Source of the DNA: a virus
Taxonomy: Duplodnaviria > Heunggongvirae > Uroviricota > Caudoviricetes
Reading direction: 5' to 3' (one strand)
Virus record (IMG/VR): IMGVR_UViG_3300037454_000478
Span: 1 to 58,448 of that record
Length of the DNA stretch: 58,448 bases
This document shows positions 9,359 to 19,443 of this stretch, one piece after another; within the stretch, counting starts at the first letter, position 1, and each line of letters begins with the position of its first letter. The notes under the pieces are model-generated. The model did not search any database. It was not told where the DNA came from and saw nothing but the letters and a program-made list of their open reading frames with translations. The position numbers were made by a program, and so were the translations under genes.

Positions 9359-9832
9359 ATGACAAAAAACAAATGTATCCGCCTTATAAAGGATCTCGTT
9401 GAGAAATACGGGGATGTTGATATCGCGTATTTGTACGATTACTATGCTTCTCGGTTAATCAAACCTGATGGAACATACGCCGATGATGTTGTTGTTGGTA
9501 CCATCAAGCTTTCCGATGCGACTGAAATCGTTACCTGTAGAAGTGATTACGATCTCATTGTCAAAATTGTTGAAGGAAAGATCGAACCACAGAGACAGTA
9601 TGTGGTGGTACCGGAATCCAAGGAGAAGTATGATTCAAAAGAACAGGAGGCAGCACGAGCCCAACATCGCCGTGGTTTGAATGCCTTTTTGGCCTCGAGC
9701 AGTTTGTTCCACAACTATGAAAGCATCTCAAGAATATACGATGCCAGTACGTTGATGAAACCACATACAACTCCAAAGGAGTTCGGCATGGCAATGGATA
9801 ATTGCAGGAAACGCAAGAAAAAACAAAAGTAA
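9359..9832 (+). CDS. hypothetical protein
   Basis: 157 aa ORF with basic C-terminus. Confidence 0.7.
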   Translation: MTKNKCIRLIKDLVEKYGDVDIAYLYDYYASRLIKPDGTYADDVVVGTIKLSDATEIVTCRSDYDLIVKIVEGKIEPQRQYVVVPESKEKYDSKEQEAARAQHRRGLNAFLASSSLFHNYESISRIYDASTLMKPHTTPKEFGMAMDNCRKRKKKQK

Positions 9833-9833
9833 T

Positions 9834-10151
9834 ATGTCTTCGGAAAGAAACAAACCTTCACCCGCTACCAAACCAATTACGAAAGACACCGTCCCGAATA
9901 CCCCCGAGGAGGCAATTCAGGTTCTCGATATCATACTTGATGAGGAGGATAAGGAGTTCCTTCGTACTGAAGAAAATGCCGCTATCAAGGTACATCATGA
10001 TCTTGGTCGGTGGATTCGTAACAACTGGAGTTTGTGGGGAGATTATTCTCCACTCAAAAAGTATTTCATTGAGCATGGGATAATGCATCCGGACGATATG
10101 TCCAACAACATAATTGAAGCATACATTCGTTACCTAAAATCCACAGAATAA
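9834..10151 (+). CDS. DUF6794-like protein
   Basis: HHDLGRWIRNNWSLW ... HPDDMS motif. Confidence 0.7.
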   Translation: MSSERNKPSPATKPITKDTVPNTPEEAIQVLDIILDEEDKEFLRTEENAAIKVHHDLGRWIRNNWSLWGDYSPLKKYFIEHGIMHPDDMSNNIIEAYIRYLKSTE

Positions 10152-10555
10152 TGACAAAAGAAGATCTTGCCAAGGTTCTCCCGGAACCATTTAATTTTTT
10201 CGCACTTAATGGTAGTATTGATTACCGGTGCAAAGGTGGACGAGACCACGATTATATAAGGAAACTCGGTTATGAAGCCCATATGGGAAGAGACTGCGGT
10301 ATGCGTTGTAAGGATATTCCGTGGTTTGAATTTAGCAGCTACGGGGATTGGGGCACCATGTTCGATGATACAACTGATCTTGGCCGTCAAATCTTTCATG
10401 ATATGTGGAAGGCCGGAATCATCACTTTGTGGCGCGGACGCACATATACACCGGATGGAAGAACAATCGATTATGAGGATGGTAAATTTACGATGTGTGA
10501 TGAAAACCATAAGTGGGTCGAGATAAATAATCCGTTTGAAACCACCAATAAGTAA
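10151..10555 (+). CDS. hypothetical protein
   Basis: TAATG coupling. Confidence 0.7.
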   Translation: MTKEDLAKVLPEPFNFFALNGSIDYRCKGGRDHDYIRKLGYEAHMGRDCGMRCKDIPWFEFSSYGDWGTMFDDTTDLGRQIFHDMWKAGIITLWRGRTYTPDGRTIDYEDGKFTMCDENHKWVEINNPFETTNK

Positions 10556-10583
10556 GTTAAGATCCCATAAGTTTGTTTATATA
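10556..10583 (+). promoter_or_regulatory. phage promoter-like motif (16 nt spacer)
   Basis: GTTAAG-N16-TATATA. Confidence 0.6.
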
Positions 10584-10607
10584 TAAACGAACATAAAATC
10601 ATTGATC

Positions 10608-11192
10608 ATGAACGAATCAGCAGCAGAAGCCAAACGTTTGATTATCAACGCGTTCCCTGAGTATGACTTTGAAAACCTTGATTGCCATGGTGAAATTGAG
10701 GAGGCTCTTGCCAAAAACATAGAGACCTTCACGAGGGAACAATGGGAAGTTATTCTTTCGCACAGCACGGACTATGCGTTCCAAAGTGGAGTCCCACATA
10801 TCAGCTGGAACACGGATAGATGCCGTATCTTTAGGGAGATCGGACGGAAATTCAAGCGTTTGTCCAGTTGGTCCTCGCGTGGAACATGGAGTGATACCAC
10901 CACGGTTGAATATGCCGCACCTAACGGAATGTTTTTCCGATTGACTGAAGAAACTCCACATGCTTTTTCCGGCGGAAATTATCATTATCACATCCGGATT
11001 ATCAATGCGGATGATGTGACCCCTATATTCACACATACTGCCGTCATCCTTTCATTAAACATTGATGGAACCGCATATATCCGGAGCCAAAAGACCGGCA
11101 CCCTTGCGGATTGTGAGAAATTTGTGGAACAAAACATGGGATCCGGTATGTTTTTCAAAATAATGGAAAGAAACAATGTTACAGAAATGTGA
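10608..11192 (+). CDS. hypothetical protein
   Basis: ATG at 10608 downstream of a promoter motif. Confidence 0.7.
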   Translation: MNESAAEAKRLIINAFPEYDFENLDCHGEIEEALAKNIETFTREQWEVILSHSTDYAFQSGVPHISWNTDRCRIFREIGRKFKRLSSWSSRGTWSDTTTVEYAAPNGMFFRLTEETPHAFSGGNYHYHIRIINADDVTPIFTHTAVILSLNIDGTAYIRSQKTGTLADCEKFVEQNMGSGMFFKIMERNNVTEM

Positions 11193-11745
11193 TAAATTTG
11201 ACATCATTGTGGTGGATTCCCAGCCGGATTGTGCGGATTTCCGTGGCATATATGATGGACTTGATGGGGATATCCTTGTCAATCCGTCTGCCGGAAAAGT
11301 CCGTACAATGCTCCGCTCACATCCGGAACGTCCACTAATCATTACCGGCCACGGAACTGAACGTGGCTTACTCAATAAGGATTGGAACGGATTTGTCGTT
11401 GACAGCCGGATGGTGGATATGCTCCGGAAACGTTCCTGTATCATTGGTGTGTGGTGCTATGCCGGAAACTTTGCGGACAAATACGGATTACACGGATTTT
11501 TCACTTCCATGTTCATTTCCACCGTATCGGAAGCCCTGGAATGTGGTTTTCCGGAAGCAAATCAGGAGGATATCACCCGGGAGAACATTCTATTCTCCAA
11601 ACGGCTCAACAAATTACTCAAAGAGAACCTGTATATGTTGGATGGAAAACCTCTGATCCATGACTGGCCATGGCTCATATCAAGGAAAGCCGATATTTCC
11701 AAGAGATTTGTCCGATATAACTATGAGGCAATGTCGGTGTTCTAA
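11176..11745 (+). CDS. conserved phage protein, possible caspase-like (His-Cys) peptidase fold
   Basis: IITGHGT and GVWCYA motifs on predicted strands. Confidence 0.55.
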   Translation: MLQKCDKFDIIVVDSQPDCADFRGIYDGLDGDILVNPSAGKVRTMLRSHPERPLIITGHGTERGLLNKDWNGFVVDSRMVDMLRKRSCIIGVWCYAGNFADKYGLHGFFTSMFISTVSEALECGFPEANQEDITRENILFSKRLNKLLKENLYMLDGKPLIHDWPWLISRKADISKRFVRYNYEAMSVF

Positions 11746-11767
11746 ATCCAAACCATGCGGATATAAG

Positions 11768-11806
11768 ACCGGAATCTGTTAAGATCCCGGTTTTTCCGTT
11801 TATATA
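11768..11806 (+). promoter_or_regulatory. promoter-like motif embedded in a terminator-like hairpin
   Basis: GTTAAG 11778, TATATA 11801; stem ACCGG-ATCT/AGAT-CCGGT followed by a T run. Confidence 0.7.
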
Positions 11807-11830
11807 TAACCGTAATAAATACAATTTATC

Positions 11831-11974
11831 ATGGAACCACTTGAAGACTTTATATCAAAATTCCTCGACCGCATAGATGACACCAGGGTTTTGTCAGCTA
11901 TATACATATTTTTCCGCCCCGTGATCATCTTTGTCGCGGTATGTCTTCTTGGCAAGTATATTTTAGGAATGTAA
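11831..11974 (+). CDS. small membrane protein (not in ORF track)
   Basis: 47 aa, MEPLEDFISKFLDRIDDTRVLSAIYIFFRPVIIFVAVCLLGKYILGM; first ATG after the promoter motif. Confidence 0.55.
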   Translation: MEPLEDFISKFLDRIDDTRVLSAIYIFFRPVIIFVAVCLLGKYILGM

Positions 11975-11991
11975 AATCAATACATAATAAT

Positions 11992-13401
11992 ATGGCACAA
12001 GTACATATGACAATCGATCCTTCATTTACCCACCGCGTGGTCGAAATCCTGAATGAAAAATTATGGGATGGCGATATCGATGGAATCAACAGATTTATGG
12101 AGGAAAGTTTCGGCCTTACCAACCGGAAACTCAATGCCGAGATCCTTTCCGGCAAGTACGTGATGGTATTCAATGAAGATGGCAGCGGAAACATTAAACC
12201 CCGTGAGGAACTGACCCCCGGAGAGATCAAGGCCATGGGTGGTATTCCCCGTGAATTGACAATCAATGATATCCGCAGTCTCATCCGTATCCGCATTTGT
12301 GGTGAAACCGGTTTGTTGGAACGTCAAAAGTACGTTATCCTGAACTTCCGCGATATCTTTGACATTAACAAGGTACATACCGTGGAGTTTGATTCAAACG
12401 TGGTGAAGTCCGAAGTTGCCGAGGCCTTGGGTAAAATGGACTCGGAAATGTACATTTCAACTGCAATAACCACCGGGGATATCATTAATATATATAAAAC
12501 CGCCCGTGAAAACAAGGTGTCCCACGATATACTTGAAAGCATCCGGGAAACGGATAAGAGTGCCGCCCGATTGGTACATATCATGGAGGAGACCGATAAA
12601 TTATTCCATATTCAGGCCATTCTCATCAAGGCCATGGATTATATTAAGGAGTTTATTTTTGAGGACATCCGTAATATCGATATGTACAAGGAAAATGGCA
12701 TGAAAGCCTCGTTGGACGAGCAGATGGAAAATCCCGGCAGATACTTTTGGATGCAGGATTTCTTCAGTAGATGTAACGAAATCAACGAATACTACCAGTA
12801 CATTATCACGGATCCGGATCATCAGGAGATCATAGCAAAAACCGTAATTGCCAACGAGTCCATCACCCATGCCGCTGTCCATAGTCTTACGGATTTCAAT
12901 CAGGATACCCGCGAAATGAAACGCCACAATACTGGTAATCCACTTCTTGATGCATACCTTGAATCCGCATTATCCAAACACCCCACCGGCCCGGTGAAGC
13001 CGGATGGTGATAAGTGGGATGCCGGATGGATTTCACCTGAAGGTGCATTTTGGGCCGACAAAGGTACCAAGGCGAATTTCATCCACATAACCCTTGCGGA
13101 GGAGATCCAAAAGTATTACGCTGACAGTTTTGAATGGATTGTCGAGGCCAAGAACGTTGACCGTGAGCTCGAAAAACATGGATGGTTGAAATTCCATGGT
13201 AACGAGGTGTCCTTCACCGGTTACAGCAGTTGGAACGCCGGTAAGCAAAGACGTATTACCAACCGTCAAATCGACAAGCTCCATGATTATGCCAAACATA
13301 TGGGTTTTGAAGCCATGTATGTTACCGTCACCAATAAGAAAATTGTGGTCAAGGAGATGTACAACTATTCCGCCGAAGAATGGCAGGAGATATTTGAATG
13401 A
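11992..13401 (+). CDS. hypothetical protein
   Basis: Long ORF, likely start MAQVHM; C-terminal WDAGWISPEG...H...A...GWLK block seen in phage proteins. Confidence 0.8.
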   Translation: MAQVHMTIDPSFTHRVVEILNEKLWDGDIDGINRFMEESFGLTNRKLNAEILSGKYVMVFNEDGSGNIKPREELTPGEIKAMGGIPRELTINDIRSLIRIRICGETGLLERQKYVILNFRDIFDINKVHTVEFDSNVVKSEVAEALGKMDSEMYISTAITTGDIINIYKTARENKVSHDILESIRETDKSAARLVHIMEETDKLFHIQAILIKAMDYIKEFIFEDIRNIDMYKENGMKASLDEQMENPGRYFWMQDFFSRCNEINEYYQYIITDPDHQEIIAKTVIANESITHAAVHSLTDFNQDTREMKRHNTGNPLLDAYLESALSKHPTGPVKPDGDKWDAGWISPEGAFWADKGTKANFIHITLAEEIQKYYADSFEWIVEAKNVDRELEKHGWLKFHGNEVSFTGYSSWNAGKQRRITNRQIDKLHDYAKHMGFEAMYVTVTNKKIVVKEMYNYSAEEWQEIFE

Positions 13402-13438
13402 TGAATGAGATTAGATATATTTATTAAACATTATCAAT

Positions 13439-14014
13439 ATGATTTTAGCAGATTCTTTACAAATCCTTGAAAATGAAGTGGTTCAAGATGCTATTTCGCG
13501 AGCCCATGGTACCGGTATGCTCCTTGGAGCTGCCATTATGGCGGTTATGATGTTCATCGTCATACTCCTTGTCCTACACATGAATAAATGCGAACAGGAA
13601 CAGGCCGAGAAAAATCATGCCATATCAAAATACATCCGCTTAAAAATGGAAATGAGCTGGATTGAAATGGTGGATATATGTAAACGATGTATTGAAGGGG
13701 ATATCCGAATCGCCAACCCGGTAATCACATTGTTTAATGAATTTCCCACTTATAATGCCGAACGTCAGGCCAAGGAAATGGAGTTCTTCCCCAATATAGC
13801 AAATCAATACGGGGTACTCATTAACGATCGGACTTCGGTTGTTGGAACCATTGACGAAATCATCAACCGGGATATTGAAACCATATATAATGAAATGAGG
13901 GCCATTGAAAGAAAATACCCGGAAGAAATCACTGAACACAATAAAGCACATGACGAACAAAAGGAACAAATATTAAAGAAAATCAACACCAACGATGGAA
14001 ACACTGAATCTTAA
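13439..14014 (+). CDS. membrane-anchored hypothetical protein
   Basis: One hydrophobic segment near the N-terminus. Confidence 0.7.
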   Translation: MILADSLQILENEVVQDAISRAHGTGMLLGAAIMAVMMFIVILLVLHMNKCEQEQAEKNHAISKYIRLKMEMSWIEMVDICKRCIEGDIRIANPVITLFNEFPTYNAERQAKEMEFFPNIANQYGVLINDRTSVVGTIDEIINRDIETIYNEMRAIERKYPEEITEHNKAHDEQKEQILKKINTNDGNTES

Positions 14015-14804
14015 AATAACGGCCAAGATAGACGAACGAATGTTCAAAGCCGGGGATTCCATTGAACTCAATCTCATACCACGCGCCATCAATTACATGG
14101 TTGGTCCAAATGGGTGTGGTAAGTCAACCGTTCTCCATGCAATCCGCGCATATAAAGATTCAATCCATGAATCATTATCACCGGATCGTAAAATGGATTT
14201 TGGACGTGGCCACGACTTATTGCTCTATAAAGGAGTATTTGACATTGAAGGATTGGATCAATTCGAGCATGTATTCGCTTTGGATGCTGTGGAGGATAAC
14301 CCGGTAAGCTTTGAAAAAGCTTCCACAGCTACTGCACTTCTCGATGGGGGAGGATATTGGTTCATGCATCACTCCCGTGGCGAAGGTAGCAAGATGTTGA
14401 TTTCCCGATTCATCAGTGGCTTGCAAAAACTCACCGGAGCAACCATCGACAAGGAAACGAAGAAACCGGTAAACTTGCCGGAAAAGAAATCGTTGATCAT
14501 TATCGATGAGATGGATGAAGGCCTCGATTTGCAATCCCAATCAACCTTCCATCGTTTATTGAGCAACCTGTGCTCCATCTTTAACGCCACGGTAATATGC
14601 GTATGCCATAACCCAATATGTATCCTATTCGATATGTTCAGTGAAATCAATCCGGTATTCGATATGTCGGATAGAACATACAAGGATATTGACCAATACA
14701 TCAACGAACAAACCGACAAACATATCCTGATCATGGATCCGGAAAAATATAAGGAATACAACACATGGGAGACCAGCAAAAACAAAACGGATTTAAAAAA
14801 GTAA
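13995..14804 (+). CDS. ABC-type/AAA ATPase
   Basis: Walker A GPNGCGKST, signature-like SRGE, Walker B IIIDEMDEGLD, H-loop VCHNP. Confidence 0.88.
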   Translation: METLNLKITAKIDERMFKAGDSIELNLIPRAINYMVGPNGCGKSTVLHAIRAYKDSIHESLSPDRKMDFGRGHDLLLYKGVFDIEGLDQFEHVFALDAVEDNPVSFEKASTATALLDGGGYWFMHHSRGEGSKMLISRFISGLQKLTGATIDKETKKPVNLPEKKSLIIIDEMDEGLDLQSQSTFHRLLSNLCSIFNATVICVCHNPICILFDMFSEINPVFDMSDRTYKDIDQYINEQTDKHILIMDPEKYKEYNTWETSKNKTDLKK

Positions 14805-15178
14805 CCGTTACCGAAAATAAGCAGGATAAAAAGGATGTCATCATCAGCAAGTACGTTGCCGAGGGTAAGATCCTCAAGCTTATCAACCGCATGTGTAACG
14901 GTGAGTTATTGAATACTAACCAATTTGATACCATCTTCGATTATGTGAAGAAAAAAGGTTATTTGAGCACCATACAGGAGGAATGGTACCACCCAGTATG
15001 GGAGAATGGCAATTTGGTTAGACACGAAAAGCGGATCCGTGAGGCTCCCGGATACCGGTATCTCGGTATATTCGCCAAGGTGGAGGACATGGAAAATGTT
15101 TTGGTATTCGGTGATACCCGTAGGGGAAAGATCTCATCCATTAAAAGGTATAAATCCGGTCAAATAATTTATCATTGA
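14765..15178 (+). CDS. hypothetical protein
   Basis: 137 aa ORF overlapping its neighbours. Confidence 0.65.
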   Translation: MGDQQKQNGFKKVTVTENKQDKKDVIISKYVAEGKILKLINRMCNGELLNTNQFDTIFDYVKKKGYLSTIQEEWYHPVWENGNLVRHEKRIREAPGYRYLGIFAKVEDMENVLVFGDTRRGKISSIKRYKSGQIIYH

Positions 15179-15801
15179 TGAACTGTCGTAGATTCATATT
15201 CCTTGATATTGATGGGGTATTAAACCACAACGAGTGGTATGAATACCTTCATCAAACATACCCGCGTGAAGAGTTATGTAAATGGGATATGAACAAATAT
15301 CATATGTCACCTTTTACCACCCAACTACTTAACCAGCTTGAAGGATGCGAGGTGGTCATATCAAGTTCATGGGGTTACGATGAAAAAACTATCCAGGGAT
15401 TGAGGGATGCCGGTTTGAAACTTCCGATTATCGGCGGTACAATCCATAAAAGCCTCAATGACAGATCCCTTTGCCGGGGTAATGATATTGCCCGGTGGTT
15501 CATTGAAAATGATATCGATCAATGTCCCCCACAGGATGTATTTTTACACCTCCGTAACAGTTTTGTATGCAATGAAGGTAAACCGGAGGATAACTGGTAT
15601 CATACCAAATGCCATCACAATATCATTAATGGTGAGGAGCAATTTGTTGTGGAAGAAGGGGATATGTCCTACACGTATGTGATTTTTGATGATGACAACG
15701 ACATGTTGGTTCAACAATTGGAACATTTTATACATGTAGACAGCACGGTAGGTATCACCCAAGATGATATTGATACCGCGAAAAAAATACTTATGTTATG
15801 A
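15175..15801 (+). CDS. HAD-family phosphatase (Swiss-army-knife RNA-repair type)
   Basis: FLDIDGVLN, VVISSSW, VIFDD. Confidence 0.82.
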   Translation: MMNCRRFIFLDIDGVLNHNEWYEYLHQTYPREELCKWDMNKYHMSPFTTQLLNQLEGCEVVISSSWGYDEKTIQGLRDAGLKLPIIGGTIHKSLNDRSLCRGNDIARWFIENDIDQCPPQDVFLHLRNSFVCNEGKPEDNWYHTKCHHNIINGEEQFVVEEGDMSYTYVIFDDDNDMLVQQLEHFIHVDSTVGITQDDIDTAKKILML

Positions 15802-16475
15802 AAATAACGGATATTAAAGGCGATGTTGGTAAGAGTATGGCGTATTGGGCGCAGGACTATGTGAATAACCTTGTATTTGGTGAAATCAACAAATTAGTCC
15901 CTTCCCTGGTATTTCACGATCATATATCGTTTAGCCGTATGGAGGACTTTAAAAAACTACTTTCCGGCAAGCGCATCGGTTACATTACTCATGGTTGTGA
16001 AGATTTTGAATTACCATGGGAGAGTTGGTACATGGGTAAACCTCAAAGTGTTTATTGTAAAGATCCTATAAAGATCAACAATCAAAGCATTGATGTGAAT
16101 GATGATGAGGGGTTGTTCAAAATTGAGGTTGACCTCGTAGATAGATATGGAGATGGGCATTATTGGCAGGTGGTGTGGAGTATCAAGGCCAACCGGTCGG
16201 ATCTATTGAAGAAGCTGGAAGACCTATTTGGTAAGGAGGTTGAGAAGGTTAAAACCGCCATTCATAAGGACTATAAAGGCCAAACAATGAAAGTGGGAGA
16301 TATCATATGTTATTCCACAACAGTTGATAATGGGATCCGCCTTGGTACCATCGATAAATTCAACGATTGTAGCATGGTTGTGGATGGCCATGATGTACAA
16401 TATGATGCCCGGGTTTTGGTTGTAAACAAGGAAATCAGGTATAACGAACAAACAAAGAAATATGAGCACAGGTAA
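15798..16475 (+). CDS. hypothetical protein, C-terminal SH3/KOW-like motif
   Basis: DYKGQTMKVGDIICY. Confidence 0.7.
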   Translation: MKITDIKGDVGKSMAYWAQDYVNNLVFGEINKLVPSLVFHDHISFSRMEDFKKLLSGKRIGYITHGCEDFELPWESWYMGKPQSVYCKDPIKINNQSIDVNDDEGLFKIEVDLVDRYGDGHYWQVVWSIKANRSDLLKKLEDLFGKEVEKVKTAIHKDYKGQTMKVGDIICYSTTVDNGIRLGTIDKFNDCSMVVDGHDVQYDARVLVVNKEIRYNEQTKKYEHR

Positions 16476-17130
16476 GTTAAAAATATCACATGTACGTGGC
16501 TCCACCGCAGTTAAAGTATGTGCGAAGGTTTCACAAGTTATGAAGGATGCAATGACGGCATTCTATAAGGAGCATGTTCCCGGCCTTATTACCGGTGGTG
16601 AAGATGCTCGTCTCCTTCCGTGGATCATTATGTCCAACCAATCGGATCTCACCAGTTTTCTCCAGCCTTGGCGCGATGGCAAAGAGATAATTGGCCGGGT
16701 ATATTCATCCACACCGGTGGAACAATTCCCCCAACAAAAATTCAACGATTTCATCCTTTTATTCAATGATACTGTACGCGTTGATTTTGAATGTACTGTG
16801 GAGAAATACGATTACCCATACGTTCCGCTTGCAGTTTCTTGGGTTCTCGTTAAAGCACATGCCGTCTGCCTTGATAGGCAAAAATTCCTCGACTCCCTCG
16901 ATATAGAACCGGAATTAGAGATACCCAAATATGTTGATATTCTTGGCAATCCGGTATCCATCGGTGATATTGTATGCGTATCCTGTAGGGATGCGGCCCG
17001 GCTCTATATTGATAAAGTCAAAAACCTTACACCATACTCAATTGTATTGGAAAATGGCCGTTGTATTACCCACAAAACCGGCTACGATAATGAGCTCGTA
17101 GTTGTTACCGATTTCACCGTATCGATTTGA
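16462..17130 (+). CDS. hypothetical protein, C-terminal SH3/KOW-like motif
   Basis: DILGNPVSIGDIVCV, similar to the C-terminus of the preceding gene. Confidence 0.7.
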   Translation: MSTGKLKISHVRGSTAVKVCAKVSQVMKDAMTAFYKEHVPGLITGGEDARLLPWIIMSNQSDLTSFLQPWRDGKEIIGRVYSSTPVEQFPQQKFNDFILLFNDTVRVDFECTVEKYDYPYVPLAVSWVLVKAHAVCLDRQKFLDSLDIEPELEIPKYVDILGNPVSIGDIVCVSCRDAARLYIDKVKNLTPYSIVLENGRCITHKTGYDNELVVVTDFTVSI

Positions 17131-17158
17131 AATATAATTAGAAATAAACATAACCAAT

Positions 17159-17881
17159 ATGCTTTCTTATTACCAATTTTCACCATCACAAATAATCGTT
17201 CCAAGTACGAATGGAGCATATTTCGTCCGGGATTTTGAAGCAAAATGGCTCTGCAGAAATGAAATTCATAATCCTGAATGGTACATTCAACAGAAGATCG
17301 ACAGGAATGAGGATGGGTACTTTGACTTCTCAAAGAATATGATAGATATCGGGGCATGTTATGGTACATATAGTTTTGTGCTCCGATTCCAACATTCATT
17401 TATGTTCGAACCAAACAAGGAGTTTTTTGCATATTGCCAAACCAATATGCTCCTACACGGTAAGATTTATGATGCTGACCTGTTTAACATGGCCGTATCC
17501 AATGAAACCGGTGTGATTCAATTTGATGGGTTCAAATGTGGTGACAGAGCCGCTGAATTTAATGACTGGACACATACACCGCGGGTGGAGGTTCCATGTA
17601 TAAGGCTGGATGACATGGCGGATAAACTCACCAACATCGGTTTCATCAAAATAGATATTGAAGGCATGGAGCCGTATGCCATCATGGGTGCCAAGCAAGT
17701 CATCAAAAACAACAATTACCCCCCGATTTTATTTGAAAGCTGGGAAGAAGGTAGTTCGGAAGAAACTCCGGAACAATACAATACCCGCATTGTATTGCTT
17801 AAAGAAGTACTCGATGAACTTGGATATGATGTGATTTGGGGTTGGGGAGATAGTATCAATCACCTTGCAATCCACGATTAA
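17159..17881 (+). CDS. FkbM-family methyltransferase
   Basis: IDIGACYG, FEPN, FIKIDIEGME, ILFE. Confidence 0.88.
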   Translation: MLSYYQFSPSQIIVPSTNGAYFVRDFEAKWLCRNEIHNPEWYIQQKIDRNEDGYFDFSKNMIDIGACYGTYSFVLRFQHSFMFEPNKEFFAYCQTNMLLHGKIYDADLFNMAVSNETGVIQFDGFKCGDRAAEFNDWTHTPRVEVPCIRLDDMADKLTNIGFIKIDIEGMEPYAIMGAKQVIKNNNYPPILFESWEEGSSEETPEQYNTRIVLLKEVLDELGYDVIWGWGDSINHLAIHD

Positions 17882-17896
17882 CAGGTAATATTTCTT

Positions 17897-17925
17897 GTTA
17901 ATATTCTACAGGTCTCCTTTATATA
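17897..17925 (+). promoter_or_regulatory. phage promoter-like motif
   Basis: GTTAAT-N17-TATATA. Confidence 0.65.
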
Positions 17926-17949
17926 TATTCGAATCAACAAATAACAATT

Positions 17950-18267
17950 ATGACTTGGAGCGAATATATGTTGGAGACCTGTGGTTATGTAACGAAAACC
18001 ACATTCTATGATGACTTTACCATTGCCGATCATTTTGGTATCAAGGCCATCAAGGACACGTACAACCGTGCATTCAATGAATGGAAGAATAATGTCGAGT
18101 ACATCACGGAGTTTGTGATGGTACTCAACCACAAGATGTGGCATCATCATCAATCCAACCCTGAAATCGCCAAAGTTTATTACGAACTATATGAAAAGGC
18201 GAATGACTGGTGTATGGACAACCTCAAAGGCGAGGATCTCGATTACTTTTATAAAACCACGGATTAA
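17950..18267 (+). CDS. conserved phage hypothetical protein
   Basis: TTFYDDFTIADHFG...TEFVMVLNHKMW motif. Confidence 0.78.
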   Translation: MTWSEYMLETCGYVTKTTFYDDFTIADHFGIKAIKDTYNRAFNEWKNNVEYITEFVMVLNHKMWHHHQSNPEIAKVYYELYEKANDWCMDNLKGEDLDYFYKTTD

Positions 18268-18818
18268 TGGACAACATTTCACTATATAGTGATTCCATGA
18301 CGGCCAACACCCGGCTGAATTGTGCAAAACAGCGTGCGGAGAATCTTGCTATCCTCCTTCAGCCGGGTGCCAAGGTACTGGAAATGTGTGTTGGACCAAG
18401 TCTCCGCCGGCTGGAAATCGAATACGCAAAGTATGGCATCACTTGTTTTGGAAATGATATCGATCCGCGTTGGGAGACCTATTACCCCGGTGGTAAGTGG
18501 ATGATCGGCGATGCATTAAACCTTGATGTATCCGGATTCGATGCAATTATATTCGCCCCTCCGTTATCCAAGGGGTGTTCCGGTCGCCGCGAGGATTCAC
18601 TTTCACTCGAGCAAGTCAACCCATCTTACCGGAGTTTCCTGTATGCATATAGAGGATTTAGGGGTGTCAAGACCATGGTACTTCCGGGCCGCACCCTTTC
18701 ATTGCGACATGATAGAGATGAACTGTACAAACTCCTCAATGATATTCCTGATTATGACTTGGTTCCATTGCGTGATAAAGTTGTGAAATACGTGGATATT
18801 TATATAACTGCCGGTTAA
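18267..18818 (+). CDS. class I SAM-dependent methyltransferase-like protein
   Basis: VLEMCVGP, GNDID, GDA, IIFAPP. Confidence 0.6.
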   Translation: MDNISLYSDSMTANTRLNCAKQRAENLAILLQPGAKVLEMCVGPSLRRLEIEYAKYGITCFGNDIDPRWETYYPGGKWMIGDALNLDVSGFDAIIFAPPLSKGCSGRREDSLSLEQVNPSYRSFLYAYRGFRGVKTMVLPGRTLSLRHDRDELYKLLNDIPDYDLVPLRDKVVKYVDIYITAG

Positions 18819-18842
18819 TATTCGGTGAGTTTCATTTATATA
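18814..18842 (+). promoter_or_regulatory. phage promoter-like motif
   Basis: GTTAAT-N17-TATATA overlapping the upstream stop. Confidence 0.65.
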
Positions 18843-18870
18843 TATTTGTAATGTTTCAATACATAACGGT

Positions 18871-19146
18871 ATGACAATCACAACCAAATTCAATCCATTT
18901 CAGGTGGTATTTATCCTTCACGAAAACCAACTCGTGAGATGCACGGTTAATGAGGTCATAACCTCATCCGTGGATAGTGGGCGTAGTGAGGATCCATATA
19001 TCACCACGATCACCTATAAACTCCGTCCTCAATATGGGAATGGTCTTCCATCCGAGGTTTGCAAACCGGAAAGGGAGGTTTGGAAGGATAGCGAAGATTT
19101 CCTTGAATGCATGACTAAAATTTCGCAAAACTTAAATTTCAAGTAA
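18871..19146 (+). CDS. hypothetical protein
   Basis: 91 aa ORF downstream of a promoter motif. Confidence 0.7.
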   Translation: MTITTKFNPFQVVFILHENQLVRCTVNEVITSSVDSGRSEDPYITTITYKLRPQYGNGLPSEVCKPEREVWKDSEDFLECMTKISQNLNFK

Positions 19147-19147
19147 T

Positions 19148-19441
19148 ATGGCCAACGAATCAAAGAATACCGAAAAAACCTTGCCACCAACCCCGTGGCG
19201 TGAAACCTCCTTGTATCAACACCTTTATGAGGTCAACGAAGAAGGATACAGGGCAATGCTCGAATACGAAAAGGCCGGTGGCGTACTCGATGTGCGTGAA
19301 AAATCCGCCAAAAAGTACTACGAGATCTACCTGAAGCGCCACAAGAAAAAGGCAAACCGTTCCCTCAAGGAGAAGTACGCCGAGGACATGGTCAAGGATA
19401 TCAGTGGCGATGTTGAAATTGACGATTCATGGGAGGAATAA
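19148..19441 (+). CDS. hypothetical protein
   Basis: 97 aa ORF, charged. Confidence 0.7.
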   Translation: MANESKNTEKTLPPTPWRETSLYQHLYEVNEEGYRAMLEYEKAGGVLDVREKSAKKYYEIYLKRHKKKANRSLKEKYAEDMVKDISGDVEIDDSWEE

Positions 19442-19443
19442 TC

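Noticed and set aside
11831-11860. MEPLEDFISK as another capsid-targeting tag
   Set aside because: It lacks the terminal E, the product is a membrane peptide, and it follows an early-type promoter; the resemblance is probably chance.
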